Source: an uncultured Clostridia bacterium
GTDB taxonomy: Bacteria > Bacillota > Clostridia > Christensenellales > CAG-138
DNA length: 64,000 bases
Reading direction: 5' to 3'
Assembly (NCBI GenBank): GCA_947168565.1
Contig: CAMVMM010000001.1
Coordinates: 3,939 to 67,938, forward strand
Shown here: positions 23,083 through 30,963 of the stretch, one piece after another
Layout: the number at the start of each line of letters is the position of its first letter
Numbering within the stretch: position 1 is the stretch's first letter
Made by a program: the position numbers and the translations under genes
Notes under the pieces: model-generated
What the model saw: the letters and a program-made list of their open reading frames with translations, nothing else
The model's database searches: none
Told to the model about the DNA's origin: nothing

Positions 23083-24546
23083 TCAACGCTTTTTGAATTC
23101 CTTTTTGAACGACTTTATCATCTCGATCATGTAGGTATAGCTCTCGAGCTTGAGCAGCTTGGAGGCCGAGATATAGAATGCCGCCCCCAGAATGATGCTG
23201 CAAACGATCCTGAGGATGCTTGGCATCGGGATGAAATGCAGGCAATATACAACACCCGCCATGACTGCCGCAAGCAGCAGGTTCGGTATTATATCTTTAA
23301 TCTGCTCGCCATAGGTATAGTTCAGCAGCTTCCTGTTTGGCCAGGAGTTGATGATCTGGAAAACAATGTTGGTCACAAGTCCGCTCAAGGCAAGCACTAA
23401 AACGCTGATGCGGATGGTGGCAAACAGTATTATCAAACCGACTGTTTTTTTAGCTATCTCCAGCTTGAGAAACAGATCGCTTCGGCCGGAAGCCTTGATC
23501 GCGCTGAGGTTTGAAGTGTGGATCGGTGTGAAAACGAGGGAAGCGCAGAAAATATACAGATACGGCACGGCAGGCAGCCATTTGTCCGTATAAAGCACGC
23601 GAATAACGTCCTCTCCGCAAACGGCCAAGCCAAAGAGCAGCGGAGCCAATATATAAGTGCTTGTTTTCATCGAGCGGCGCATCATCTGCTTCAAGCGCTC
23701 ACTTCTGTCCTGCACGCTTGAAAGCGCAGGAAACAGCACGCTGTTCAACGCCGAATCGACGTTGGCCACAACAAGCTTCGGCAATGCTCGTCCTCTGTTG
23801 TAAAACGCAAGATCGGAGGTCGTGTATATTTTTCCGATAAGAAGCTGCCTGAGCTCATTATACACGGTATTGATGAGCGAAGAAACAAGCATCTTCCAGC
23901 CGTATGAAAACAGCCCTTTCAGGCGGAAAAAGGAGAACATCAGCTTGGGGCGCCATTTGACGGTGAACCAAAGGAAAATCGTGTCGATAAAAGCATTTAC
24001 GAGATGCTGCGTAATAAGCGCCCAAACGCCGAAGCCGTAATAAGCCATAACGATGCTTACGATCGTGGAAACGATGGTTCCGGTCAGCGTGGCGAAAAAG
24101 AACTTTTTAAACAGCATGTGCTTGGAAACATACGCATGCTGAATGTTTTTAATGCCTGAGATCAGCAGCGTGATGCCCACAACGCGAACGACCGGCGTCA
24201 GCTCCGGCTGCTTATAAAACGAGGCGATGAGCGGTGCGGCAAAAAACAGAAGCGCATACAGCACCAGACAGAAGAATATATTGAAATAGAATACGGTTGA
24301 AAAATCAAGGTCGTCCGAATTCTTTTTTTGAATGAGAGCGCCGCCGAGACCGCTGTCTATAAACACGTTCAATATGGTGATAAACACGGTTACAAGCGCA
24401 ACGGAGCCGTAGACATTGGGCTCAAGCAGCCTTGCAAGGATGATGGTGAGCGCAAGCTGTACGAAGCGCACGGCCAGTCTCTCACTGAATCTCCAAAACA
24501 TATTGCGGACAATATTTGTGCCGCTGGTGGCATTTTTGTTTTTCAC
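23083..24546 (-). CDS. Wzx-like polysaccharide flippase (MOP superfamily)
   Basis: 487-aa multi-TM protein with a typical Wzx N-terminus (NMFWRFSERLAVRFVQLALTIILARLL). GTG start, 8 nt after GGAGAA. Confidence 0.85.
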   Translation of the reverse strand: MKNKNATSGTNIVRNMFWRFSERLAVRFVQLALTIILARLLEPNVYGSVALVTVFITILNVFIDSGLGGALIQKKNSDDLDFSTVFYFNIFFCLVLYALLFFAAPLIASFYKQPELTPVVRVVGITLLISGIKNIQHAYVSKHMLFKKFFFATLTGTIVSTIVSIVMAYYGFGVWALITQHLVNAFIDTIFLWFTVKWRPKLMFSFFRLKGLFSYGWKMLVSSLINTVYNELRQLLIGKIYTTSDLAFYNRGRALPKLVVANVDSALNSVLFPALSSVQDRSERLKQMMRRSMKTSTYILAPLLFGLAVCGEDVIRVLYTDKWLPAVPYLYIFCASLVFTPIHTSNLSAIKASGRSDLFLKLEIAKKTVGLIILFATIRISVLVLALSGLVTNIVFQIINSWPNRKLLNYTYGEQIKDIIPNLLLAAVMAGVVYCLHFIPMPSILRIVCSIILGAAFYISASKLLKLESYTYMIEMIKSFKKEFKKR

Positions 24547-25070
24547 TTTATATTTTCTCCGGGCAAAGTACTTTCTGTTGCAGGGGCCGATAATATAATG
24601 GAACCGATTATTACCGGCATTCGATCATCAAAAAGCAACGATCGACCAAATTATGCGAGCAGCCAAGCACAAAACGGAATCCTCCCGCAAAGGCTTGCTC
24701 AGCGTGGATGAGGGCATCCAATGTGGACAGCGCGCACCCTTTCACGGCCCGGAAAACCCCTTCCTCATAGAAACGACGCACGTATTCACACAATATAATT
24801 AAGTGCTATTATAACACAAACGCAATTTCGGCGCAACACTCTAACGCCGGACAAATCGGTTCTTTTAAAAAATATTTTTGATGCTTTTTCAGATACGGCA
24901 AATGCTTCAAGCATGATACTCGGCAATAAGCAATAGAGTAATTTGATTAAAACGCAACGATTTCGGAAGTGCCGCATTATTCATGCGCAAGAACCGCCTA
25001 GGTGCAATAAACACGCTTCGGCGGTTCCTTTAATAATTATAATAGAAAGTACGTTATGCGAATCAAGCTG

Positions 25071-27992
25071 TTAGTTGTTCAGCCTTCCCTCCATGAGCAT
25101 TTTAATGCTTTCGCAGAACACGGAAAGCACCCTTTCGGCGGTTGAGTCTTCGTATTTTGCATCGTTAAAGCTAAGCACCAGCCGCTGCTCGCCGTCGGGC
25201 TTGGTGAGTATCTGAACGTTCATCAGTCCGCAGGCGGCGCCCTTATTTACAAGGGGGATCGTTTCACACGGAACGCCCTTTATGCCGTCGAAGCTGCGCA
25301 TGGTGCCGAGCGTGCGGATGCGGAAGGGGTTGTTCGATTCGATCGTCGTTGTTTCGGAAACGTAGGGATACTTCTGGCAGGCAACGCCGAAGCGGATCTG
25401 CTCGTTCACCTCGCCGATAAGCTCCGAAACGCTTGAGATACGATCAAACGAAACCGCCACGGGGAACTCCTTGGTGATCGGGAAAACGGTGTCCTTATAC
25501 AGCACGTCGTCCCTGCCGCTGTATGCCCATGAAGCCATGATGTCGGTTTTTTTCTCCACGTCACGCAGCGTGCAGAGCGCGGCCGCCACGCAAAGCGCGT
25601 TCAGGCTGAGCCCGTGCGTATCAAGAAATTCGTTTAATTTGGCGGTAGACACGGGAAAATCATGGGAGATGGATTTTGAACGCATAAAGAGCGAATCGTG
25701 ATCCGGCGTAAAGCACCTGCACCACTGCTTGCCGCCGTAGCGCGAAAGCATCTTGTTTTTAGCGTCATAGTATTCATCGCCAAGCGTCCATTTATTCGTA
25801 TCCCTTGCGAAAAGATAGGCGTAATCCGGCGGCAGCTCCTCGCCGTTGTACGCAAGAGAGATGCTGCGGAACAGCGCGTGCATCGAAACGCCGTCCGTGA
25901 AAATATGATTAACGTCTAAAAAGACGCACACGTTCTCCTCCGTTTCAAAGAAACGAACCCGGTAAAGCGGCTTATTCATCAGGCTGCCGTAGGGAGCGAT
26001 AATATCCTGCTTAATCGTCTCAAGCTCCGATTCGCTCACCCTCTCAACGGAAAGCTCGGGCCTGATCGAGGGATCGTAATGCTGCACGAAGCCGAAATCC
26101 TCATCGATCCTGATCACCGAGCGGAAAACCGGATGATGCTCGATGACCCTCTCAAACGCATTGAGCAGCCTTTGAACGTCCACCTTATCCTTGGGCATGC
26201 GCCACATCACGAAAACGTTGCTGAACGTGGATTCGGGGTTCACAAGCTGATTATCCATAAGGAAAAGCTGCATCGGTATGAGCGGCTGATCGTGCTCAAG
26301 CGCCTTTTCATTCCTCACCTCAACGGATGCGGAAGCAAGCGCCTTTTTCTCGGCTACAGCCTGCGCTATGCGGCGCGGAGTTCTGAACTCGTAGAGCATA
26401 GGAACTGTGAGCAGCGGCTCGCCGGCAGACTCCACGACCTGCATGGAGCGGAGCGAATCGCCGCCGAGATCGTAAAAATCATCATTTACGCTGATTTTCT
26501 GCATTCCCAGCGCCTTTTCAAAGCTTGAAACCACAGCCCGCTCCAAATCATTTGCAGGCGCTTCGTATTCGCTCCTGAAGCTGTTGAAGTCCGGCTCCGG
26601 AAGCTGTTTGCGGTCGAGCTTGCCGTTTGGCAGCAGCGGCACGGAATCTATATGGATGAAGAATGAAGGAATCATGTAGTATGGCAAAAACTCCTTCATT
26701 TTTTCACGGGTCTGCTCCGGATCCACCTGTATATCCGCGGTGTAGTAAAGGCTCAAAAACGAACGCTCGGGCTTCACAAAGCCGCGTGCCGCCGCCCAGT
26801 CGACGCCGAGCACGCGCTTTGCAACGTGTTCCACCTCTCCAAGCTCCACGCGGTTGCCGTTTATCTTTATCATGTCGTTGTTTCTGCCAAGCACGTAAAG
26901 ATAGCCGTCCGGCATGACCCTGCCAAGATCGCCCGAATGAAAAACACCGTTTTTAAGCGCCTTTTCGGTTTGCTCGGGAAGGTTGAGATAGCCGCGGAAG
27001 AAGGGCGTTTCAAAGCAGATCTCACCCGTCTCCCCCTCCTTTACCTCGTTTTCGTTTTCATCAAGCAGCGCAGCTCCCACCAAGCTGTTCGGCCTTCCGA
27101 CGGGGCACTGGGGGTAGGCTTTATCCATCACGAACTCTGCGGCGGAGAAAAAGCTTTCGCTCATTGCATAAGCGTTTACAAGGCGCACGCCCTTGAGAAA
27201 CACGCCGTTTGCAGGCTCGCTTCCCGTGTAGACCATTTTTACGCAGGCGGGCACCTCCTCGTTCAGCGCACGGATCATGGAAGGCGAAAGGAAGGTGGCG
27301 TTTATCTGGTTCTCCTCCAAAAACCTGCGCAAAAGCGTGGGGTTTTTCACCGTTGCATAAGGAACTATAAACAGGTGATGCCCCGAGGTAAGCACGGAGA
27401 TCATATTTTTATAGAAGGCAACGAAATTGAGCGGCGCGATAAATGCAAACCGTATCACGGAATCCGGATCGGACTTTTTCTGGGATTTCAGCGCGATGTG
27501 CATCTTGAAATTGCCGTATTCGTGAAGCACTCCCTTGGGATTGCCCGTTGTGCCGGAGGTATACACGGCGAGCGCCGCATCGTGAATATCCGTTTTTTCA
27601 TAACCGGAAAGAGGCTCGGTGCGGGCGATCTCGTTCATGGCGTCCATATCTATCACAACCTTGCACCCGCAGTCCCTGCGGATATAGGCTATTCTTTCGG
27701 CGGCATAGGTATCCTCCACCACGGTAACAGCCGCGCCCGCCTTCCACACTCCGAGCATTGCTATGGGAACCAGATACCCCCTTGGGAGTATCACCATCAC
27801 GAAATCCTCCCTGCCAACGCCTTTTTTCTTGAGCCAAGCGTAGACCCTGCCCGAATACTCGTCCGCCTCACGGCGGGTTATGCCGCGCGGATGCAGCTCG
27901 TCCGATATAAAAAGCCTGTCCGGAGCATACTCCAAAACCTCGTTCCATTCGTCCAGAAAATAAGGAATATTGTTTAAAATGCCGATATCCAT
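25071..27992 (-). CDS. NRPS-like tridomain enzyme: adenylation - thiolation (carrier) - condensation
   Basis: A-domain cores are YTSGTTGNPKG, NAYAMSES, FHSGDLGR...GRNNDMIKINGNRVELGEVE and LPNGKLDRK. The T domain has DLGGDSLRS. The C domain has VNHIFTDG. The ATG at 27992 lies 7 nt after GAAGGAGAA. Confidence 0.9.
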   Translation of the reverse strand: MDIGILNNIPYFLDEWNEVLEYAPDRLFISDELHPRGITRREADEYSGRVYAWLKKKGVGREDFVMVILPRGYLVPIAMLGVWKAGAAVTVVEDTYAAERIAYIRRDCGCKVVIDMDAMNEIARTEPLSGYEKTDIHDAALAVYTSGTTGNPKGVLHEYGNFKMHIALKSQKKSDPDSVIRFAFIAPLNFVAFYKNMISVLTSGHHLFIVPYATVKNPTLLRRFLEENQINATFLSPSMIRALNEEVPACVKMVYTGSEPANGVFLKGVRLVNAYAMSESFFSAAEFVMDKAYPQCPVGRPNSLVGAALLDENENEVKEGETGEICFETPFFRGYLNLPEQTEKALKNGVFHSGDLGRVMPDGYLYVLGRNNDMIKINGNRVELGEVEHVAKRVLGVDWAAARGFVKPERSFLSLYYTADIQVDPEQTREKMKEFLPYYMIPSFFIHIDSVPLLPNGKLDRKQLPEPDFNSFRSEYEAPANDLERAVVSSFEKALGMQKISVNDDFYDLGGDSLRSMQVVESAGEPLLTVPMLYEFRTPRRIAQAVAEKKALASASVEVRNEKALEHDQPLIPMQLFLMDNQLVNPESTFSNVFVMWRMPKDKVDVQRLLNAFERVIEHHPVFRSVIRIDEDFGFVQHYDPSIRPELSVERVSESELETIKQDIIAPYGSLMNKPLYRVRFFETEENVCVFLDVNHIFTDGVSMHALFRSISLAYNGEELPPDYAYLFARDTNKWTLGDEYYDAKNKMLSRYGGKQWCRCFTPDHDSLFMRSKSISHDFPVSTAKLNEFLDTHGLSLNALCVAAALCTLRDVEKKTDIMASWAYSGRDDVLYKDTVFPITKEFPVAVSFDRISSVSELIGEVNEQIRFGVACQKYPYVSETTTIESNNPFRIRTLGTMRSFDGIKGVPCETIPLVNKGAACGLMNVQILTKPDGEQRLVLSFNDAKYEDSTAERVLSVFCESIKMLMEGRLNN

Positions 27993-28008
27993 TTCAGTAT
28001 TCTCCTTC

Positions 28009-29007
28009 TCAGCAAAGCCTGTTTTTACAGTCCCCCGTTTCAAAAATATCGTCTATATTGCTGATGGTGGTGTCGCAGAGCGCGTCTATGGATTCCTGTG
28101 TGAAGTATGCCATGTGCGGCGAGATTATCACGTTCGGAAAGCCGAGCAGCACCTGCATCACGTTGTCCTCAAGTATATCCTCGGTCATATCCACGGTGAA
28201 GGTGTTCGCTTCCTTTTCGTACACGTCGAGCGCGGCCGCCCTGATCTTTCGGCTTGCAAGCCCCCTGATAAGCGCGTCCGTATCTATAAGCCCTCCCCTT
28301 GCGGTGTTCACGATAACCACGCCGTCCTTCATGCGCGAAATGGACTCATCGTTTATCATGTGGTGGGTCTGCGGTGTAAGCGAACAGTGAAGCTGAATCA
28401 CGTCGCTCCTCTCATACAATTCGTCAAGGCTCACGTACTCCACTCCATCAAGCAGCTTGGGATGGGGCGTGTTCACAAGCACCTTCATGCCCATGGCCCT
28501 GCAAACGTTTATAACGCAGATACCGATGCGTCCTTCGCCCACGATGCCGACCGTTTTTCCGAAAAACTCGTAGCCGGACATATTGGAAACGGAGAAATTA
28601 TGCTCCCTTGAGTGGTTATACGCCTTGTGAACCTTCCTCACGGCGCAGAGCATGAGAGCAATGGAATACTCCGCTATGGAATAGGGGGAATAATCCGGCA
28701 CGTACACAACGGGGATCTTTCCGCGGGCGTATTCTATATCCACGTTGTTGTGACCCGCGCAGCGCATCGCTATAAGCTTTACGCCGGCCTCGATCAGCTC
28801 GTCTATAGCCTCCGCGCTCACGTCGTCGAACGGACAGGCGACCGCAACGTCGCACCCGTAGGCGAAAACCGCGGTATTCTTATCGAGCTTGTTTTTCATA
28901 AACCTGAAGCTGAACCGATCCTTGTAGCGCTCGTATTCAGCCTGATCGTACTCCATAAGGCTGTAAATGATGATTTTCAGCTTTTTTTGCGACTTTGCTT
29001 CAGACAT
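28009..29007 (-). CDS. D-isomer-specific 2-hydroxyacid dehydrogenase (D-lactate dehydrogenase-like)
   Basis: 332 aa. NAD fold GIVGEGRIG, with catalytic-type Arg (NTARGGLID), Glu (LDVYEKE) and His (ISPHMAYFT). Confidence 0.88.
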   Translation of the reverse strand: MSEAKSQKKLKIIIYSLMEYDQAEYERYKDRFSFRFMKNKLDKNTAVFAYGCDVAVACPFDDVSAEAIDELIEAGVKLIAMRCAGHNNVDIEYARGKIPVVYVPDYSPYSIAEYSIALMLCAVRKVHKAYNHSREHNFSVSNMSGYEFFGKTVGIVGEGRIGICVINVCRAMGMKVLVNTPHPKLLDGVEYVSLDELYERSDVIQLHCSLTPQTHHMINDESISRMKDGVVIVNTARGGLIDTDALIRGLASRKIRAAALDVYEKEANTFTVDMTEDILEDNVMQVLLGFPNVIISPHMAYFTQESIDALCDTTISNIDDIFETGDCKNRLC

Positions 29008-29040
29008 TTAAATGACCTCCAAGCATAAAATATCCATTTA

Positions 29041-29070
29041 ATTATACATGAAAATATATGTTAAAGTCAA
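29041..29070 (-). promoter_or_regulatory. Sigma70-type promoter TTGACT-18-TATAAT ahead of the dehydrogenase / A-T-C genes
   Basis: On the minus strand the -35 is at 29065-29070 and the -10 at 29041-29046. The GGAGG RBS and ATG at 29007 follow. Confidence 0.6.
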
Positions 29071-29175
29071 TATATGAAAACAAAAATAGCTGCTCGCCGC
29101 AGTTTCGGGCGGTGCGGCGCTAATTGCCCATTGGCGGAACGGCGGAGCTCCATGCCGAAATGACGGGGATAATTG

Positions 29176-29205
29176 AAAACAGCAAGTCTTGCAACTTGCT
29201 GTTTT
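29176..29205. terminator. Bidirectional terminator immediately 3' of tRNA-Ala
   Basis: AAAA-AACAGCAAGT-(6 nt)-ACTTGCTGTT-TTT, a perfect 10-bp stem. Confidence 0.7.
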
Positions 29206-29207
29206 CA

Positions 29208-29283
29208 TGGTGGAGCATAGCGGACTCGAACCGCTGACATCCACACTGCCAGTGTGGCACTCTACCAGCTGAGCTAATGCCCC
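29208..29283 (-). tRNA. tRNA-Ala (anticodon GGC), CCA encoded
   Basis: Hand-folded 76-nt cloverleaf. It has the G3:U70 identity pair, anticodon loop CTGGCAG and T loop TTCGAGT. Confidence 0.95.
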
Positions 29284-29295
29284 GTAACGGAATGT

Positions 29296-29323
29296 ATTAT
29301 ACAACAAATGATCGCGTTTGTAA
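29296..29323 (-). promoter_or_regulatory. Promoter TTACAA-16-TATAAT for tRNA-Ala
   Basis: The -10 at 29296-29301 lies 12 nt upstream of the tRNA 5' end. Confidence 0.5.
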
Positions 29324-29456
29324 AGGGCAATTTGATATATTGTGATGAAATGCGAATAATAGATTATTTGGGCGGAGCGGTGCTTACGAGCACGGCCGCG
29401 CACGCCGGAGGGCGAACGCAGCCGCGAATGATTCTTCAAAGCCATTTTTTCAAGGC

Positions 29457-30653
29457 TTATTTGATAAGATCGAGCTGAGCCTTAAGGTCTGCTATGATGT
29501 CCTCCGCATCCTCAAGACCAACGCTCAGGCGAAGCATGCTCACGCCGATGCCCGCCTCATCAAGCGCCTCGGGAGTGTAGGTGCTGTGGGTCATGGTGGC
29601 GGGATGCTCGATAAGGGTCTCCGCGTCGCCAAGGCTGACGGCGATGGTGCAGAGCTTGAGATTATTCACAAATTCTGCGCTCCTCTCGCGGTCGGTGTTC
29701 AGCTCAAAGGTCACGATGCCGCCGAAGCCGCCGTGCATCTGCTTCTTTGCAAGCTCATGCTGGGGGTGGCTCTCAAGGCCGGGATAGATAACGCGGGCAA
29801 CCGCGGGATGGGATTCAAGGAAGCGGGCGACCTTCATCGCGTTTTCACAATGCTTCTTAACGCGGATATCCAGCGTTTTAAGACCGCGGTCGATAAGGTA
29901 TGCCTCGAAGGGTCCGAGAACCGCGCCGGTCATATCCTTAAGGCCGAAAAGCGTGCATTCGGTGATGAAATCGGCGGGGCCCGCCGCCATGCCCGCGATA
30001 ACGTCGCCATGGCCGTTGAGATATTTGGTGGCGCTGTGGATCACAACGTCCGCACCGAGGTCGAGGGGCCTCTGAAGGTACGGAGTGGCAAAGGTGTTGT
30101 CCACTATGACCTTGGCTTCGGGGCAGGTTTCGTGCGCAAGCTTCGAAACGGCCTCGATATCAACGAGCTTGAGGTTGGGGTTGGTGGGCGTTTCAAAATA
30201 AAAGACCTTTGTGTTCGGCCTGATATTCGCCCGCACCTGCTCGATGTCTGAAAAGTCAACGAGGGTCACTTCAACGCCGTAGCGGGTCAGGCCGTGGGTG
30301 AAGAAGGAGAAGGTGCAGCCATAGAGCGCATCGTCCGCAAGCAGATGATCGCCGGCGTGAAGCGCGGTCCAAAGCACGGTGGTAACGGCGCCCATGCCGC
30401 TTGCCATTGCCATACCGGCTTCGGCATTTTCAAGCGCGGCGAGCTTTTGCCCTATCTTGGTGGTGTTCGGATTGCCGAGCCTCGTGTAGATGTAGCCGGA
30501 CTCCTCGAGCGCGAAGCGACTTGCGCCCTGAGCGGTGGTTTCAAATTCAAAGGTGGACGTTTGGAAGATCGGGGTAGCAAGGGGCGCGATGCCGGGTATT
30601 TCAAGCTTGCCGACGTGGATCTGCTTTGTTGCAAAGCCGCTGTTCTTTTCCAT
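29457..30653 (-). CDS. Cys/Met-metabolism PLP enzyme, methionine gamma-lyase / O-acetylhomoserine sulfhydrylase family
   Basis: 398 aa. Motifs are TKQIHVG, YTRLGNPNT and HSATKYLNGHGDVIAG (PLP Lys). Confidence 0.85.
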   Translation of the reverse strand: MEKNSGFATKQIHVGKLEIPGIAPLATPIFQTSTFEFETTAQGASRFALEESGYIYTRLGNPNTTKIGQKLAALENAEAGMAMASGMGAVTTVLWTALHAGDHLLADDALYGCTFSFFTHGLTRYGVEVTLVDFSDIEQVRANIRPNTKVFYFETPTNPNLKLVDIEAVSKLAHETCPEAKVIVDNTFATPYLQRPLDLGADVVIHSATKYLNGHGDVIAGMAAGPADFITECTLFGLKDMTGAVLGPFEAYLIDRGLKTLDIRVKKHCENAMKVARFLESHPAVARVIYPGLESHPQHELAKKQMHGGFGGIVTFELNTDRERSAEFVNNLKLCTIAVSLGDAETLIEHPATMTHSTYTPEALDEAGIGVSMLRLSVGLEDAEDIIADLKAQLDLIK

Positions 30654-30963
30654 TATGATTCCTCCGTACTTTTAATAGTAAAGTAGATTTCGCCTTTTTT
30701 GCCTCAAATGCGGCATTTTACCAAAGGCATTTCATATAGCTCTATTATACAGGATTTTTGCGTGAATTTCAGCTTTTTAATAAATATATTGCGGCGCTCA
30801 GGGGCAAGCGCGTTCATGATTGCGACAGGAGGCGGGCGAAAATGTCATAAAGAATTAACAAAAACCGGTGGAATATACGGCCGTGATGTGGTATAGTACG
30901 CTTTGAAGCCGACTGCATATATATATTGCGAAGCTTCAAGGCTAAAGAAAGGACTGTATTTTT

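Noticed and set aside
24611-24977. Two 60-63-aa ORFs in the gap between the NRPS-like gene and wzx, considered as real genes.
   Set aside because: They have no RBS, I recognise no family, and they overlap each other. I kept them only as a possible gene remnant, in the finding on this gap.
29038-29445. 135-aa ORF spanning the tRNA-Ala region.
   Set aside because: It reads straight through a well-formed tRNA-Ala gene, its terminator and its promoter. It has no RBS, and its composition is non-coding.
30654-30963. Possible SAM riboswitch or T-box upstream of the methionine gamma-lyase family gene.
   Set aside because: Reading the minus-strand leader, I found none of the conserved SAM-I, SAM-II or T-box sequence blocks. 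There are only promoter-like elements for the two divergent genes.
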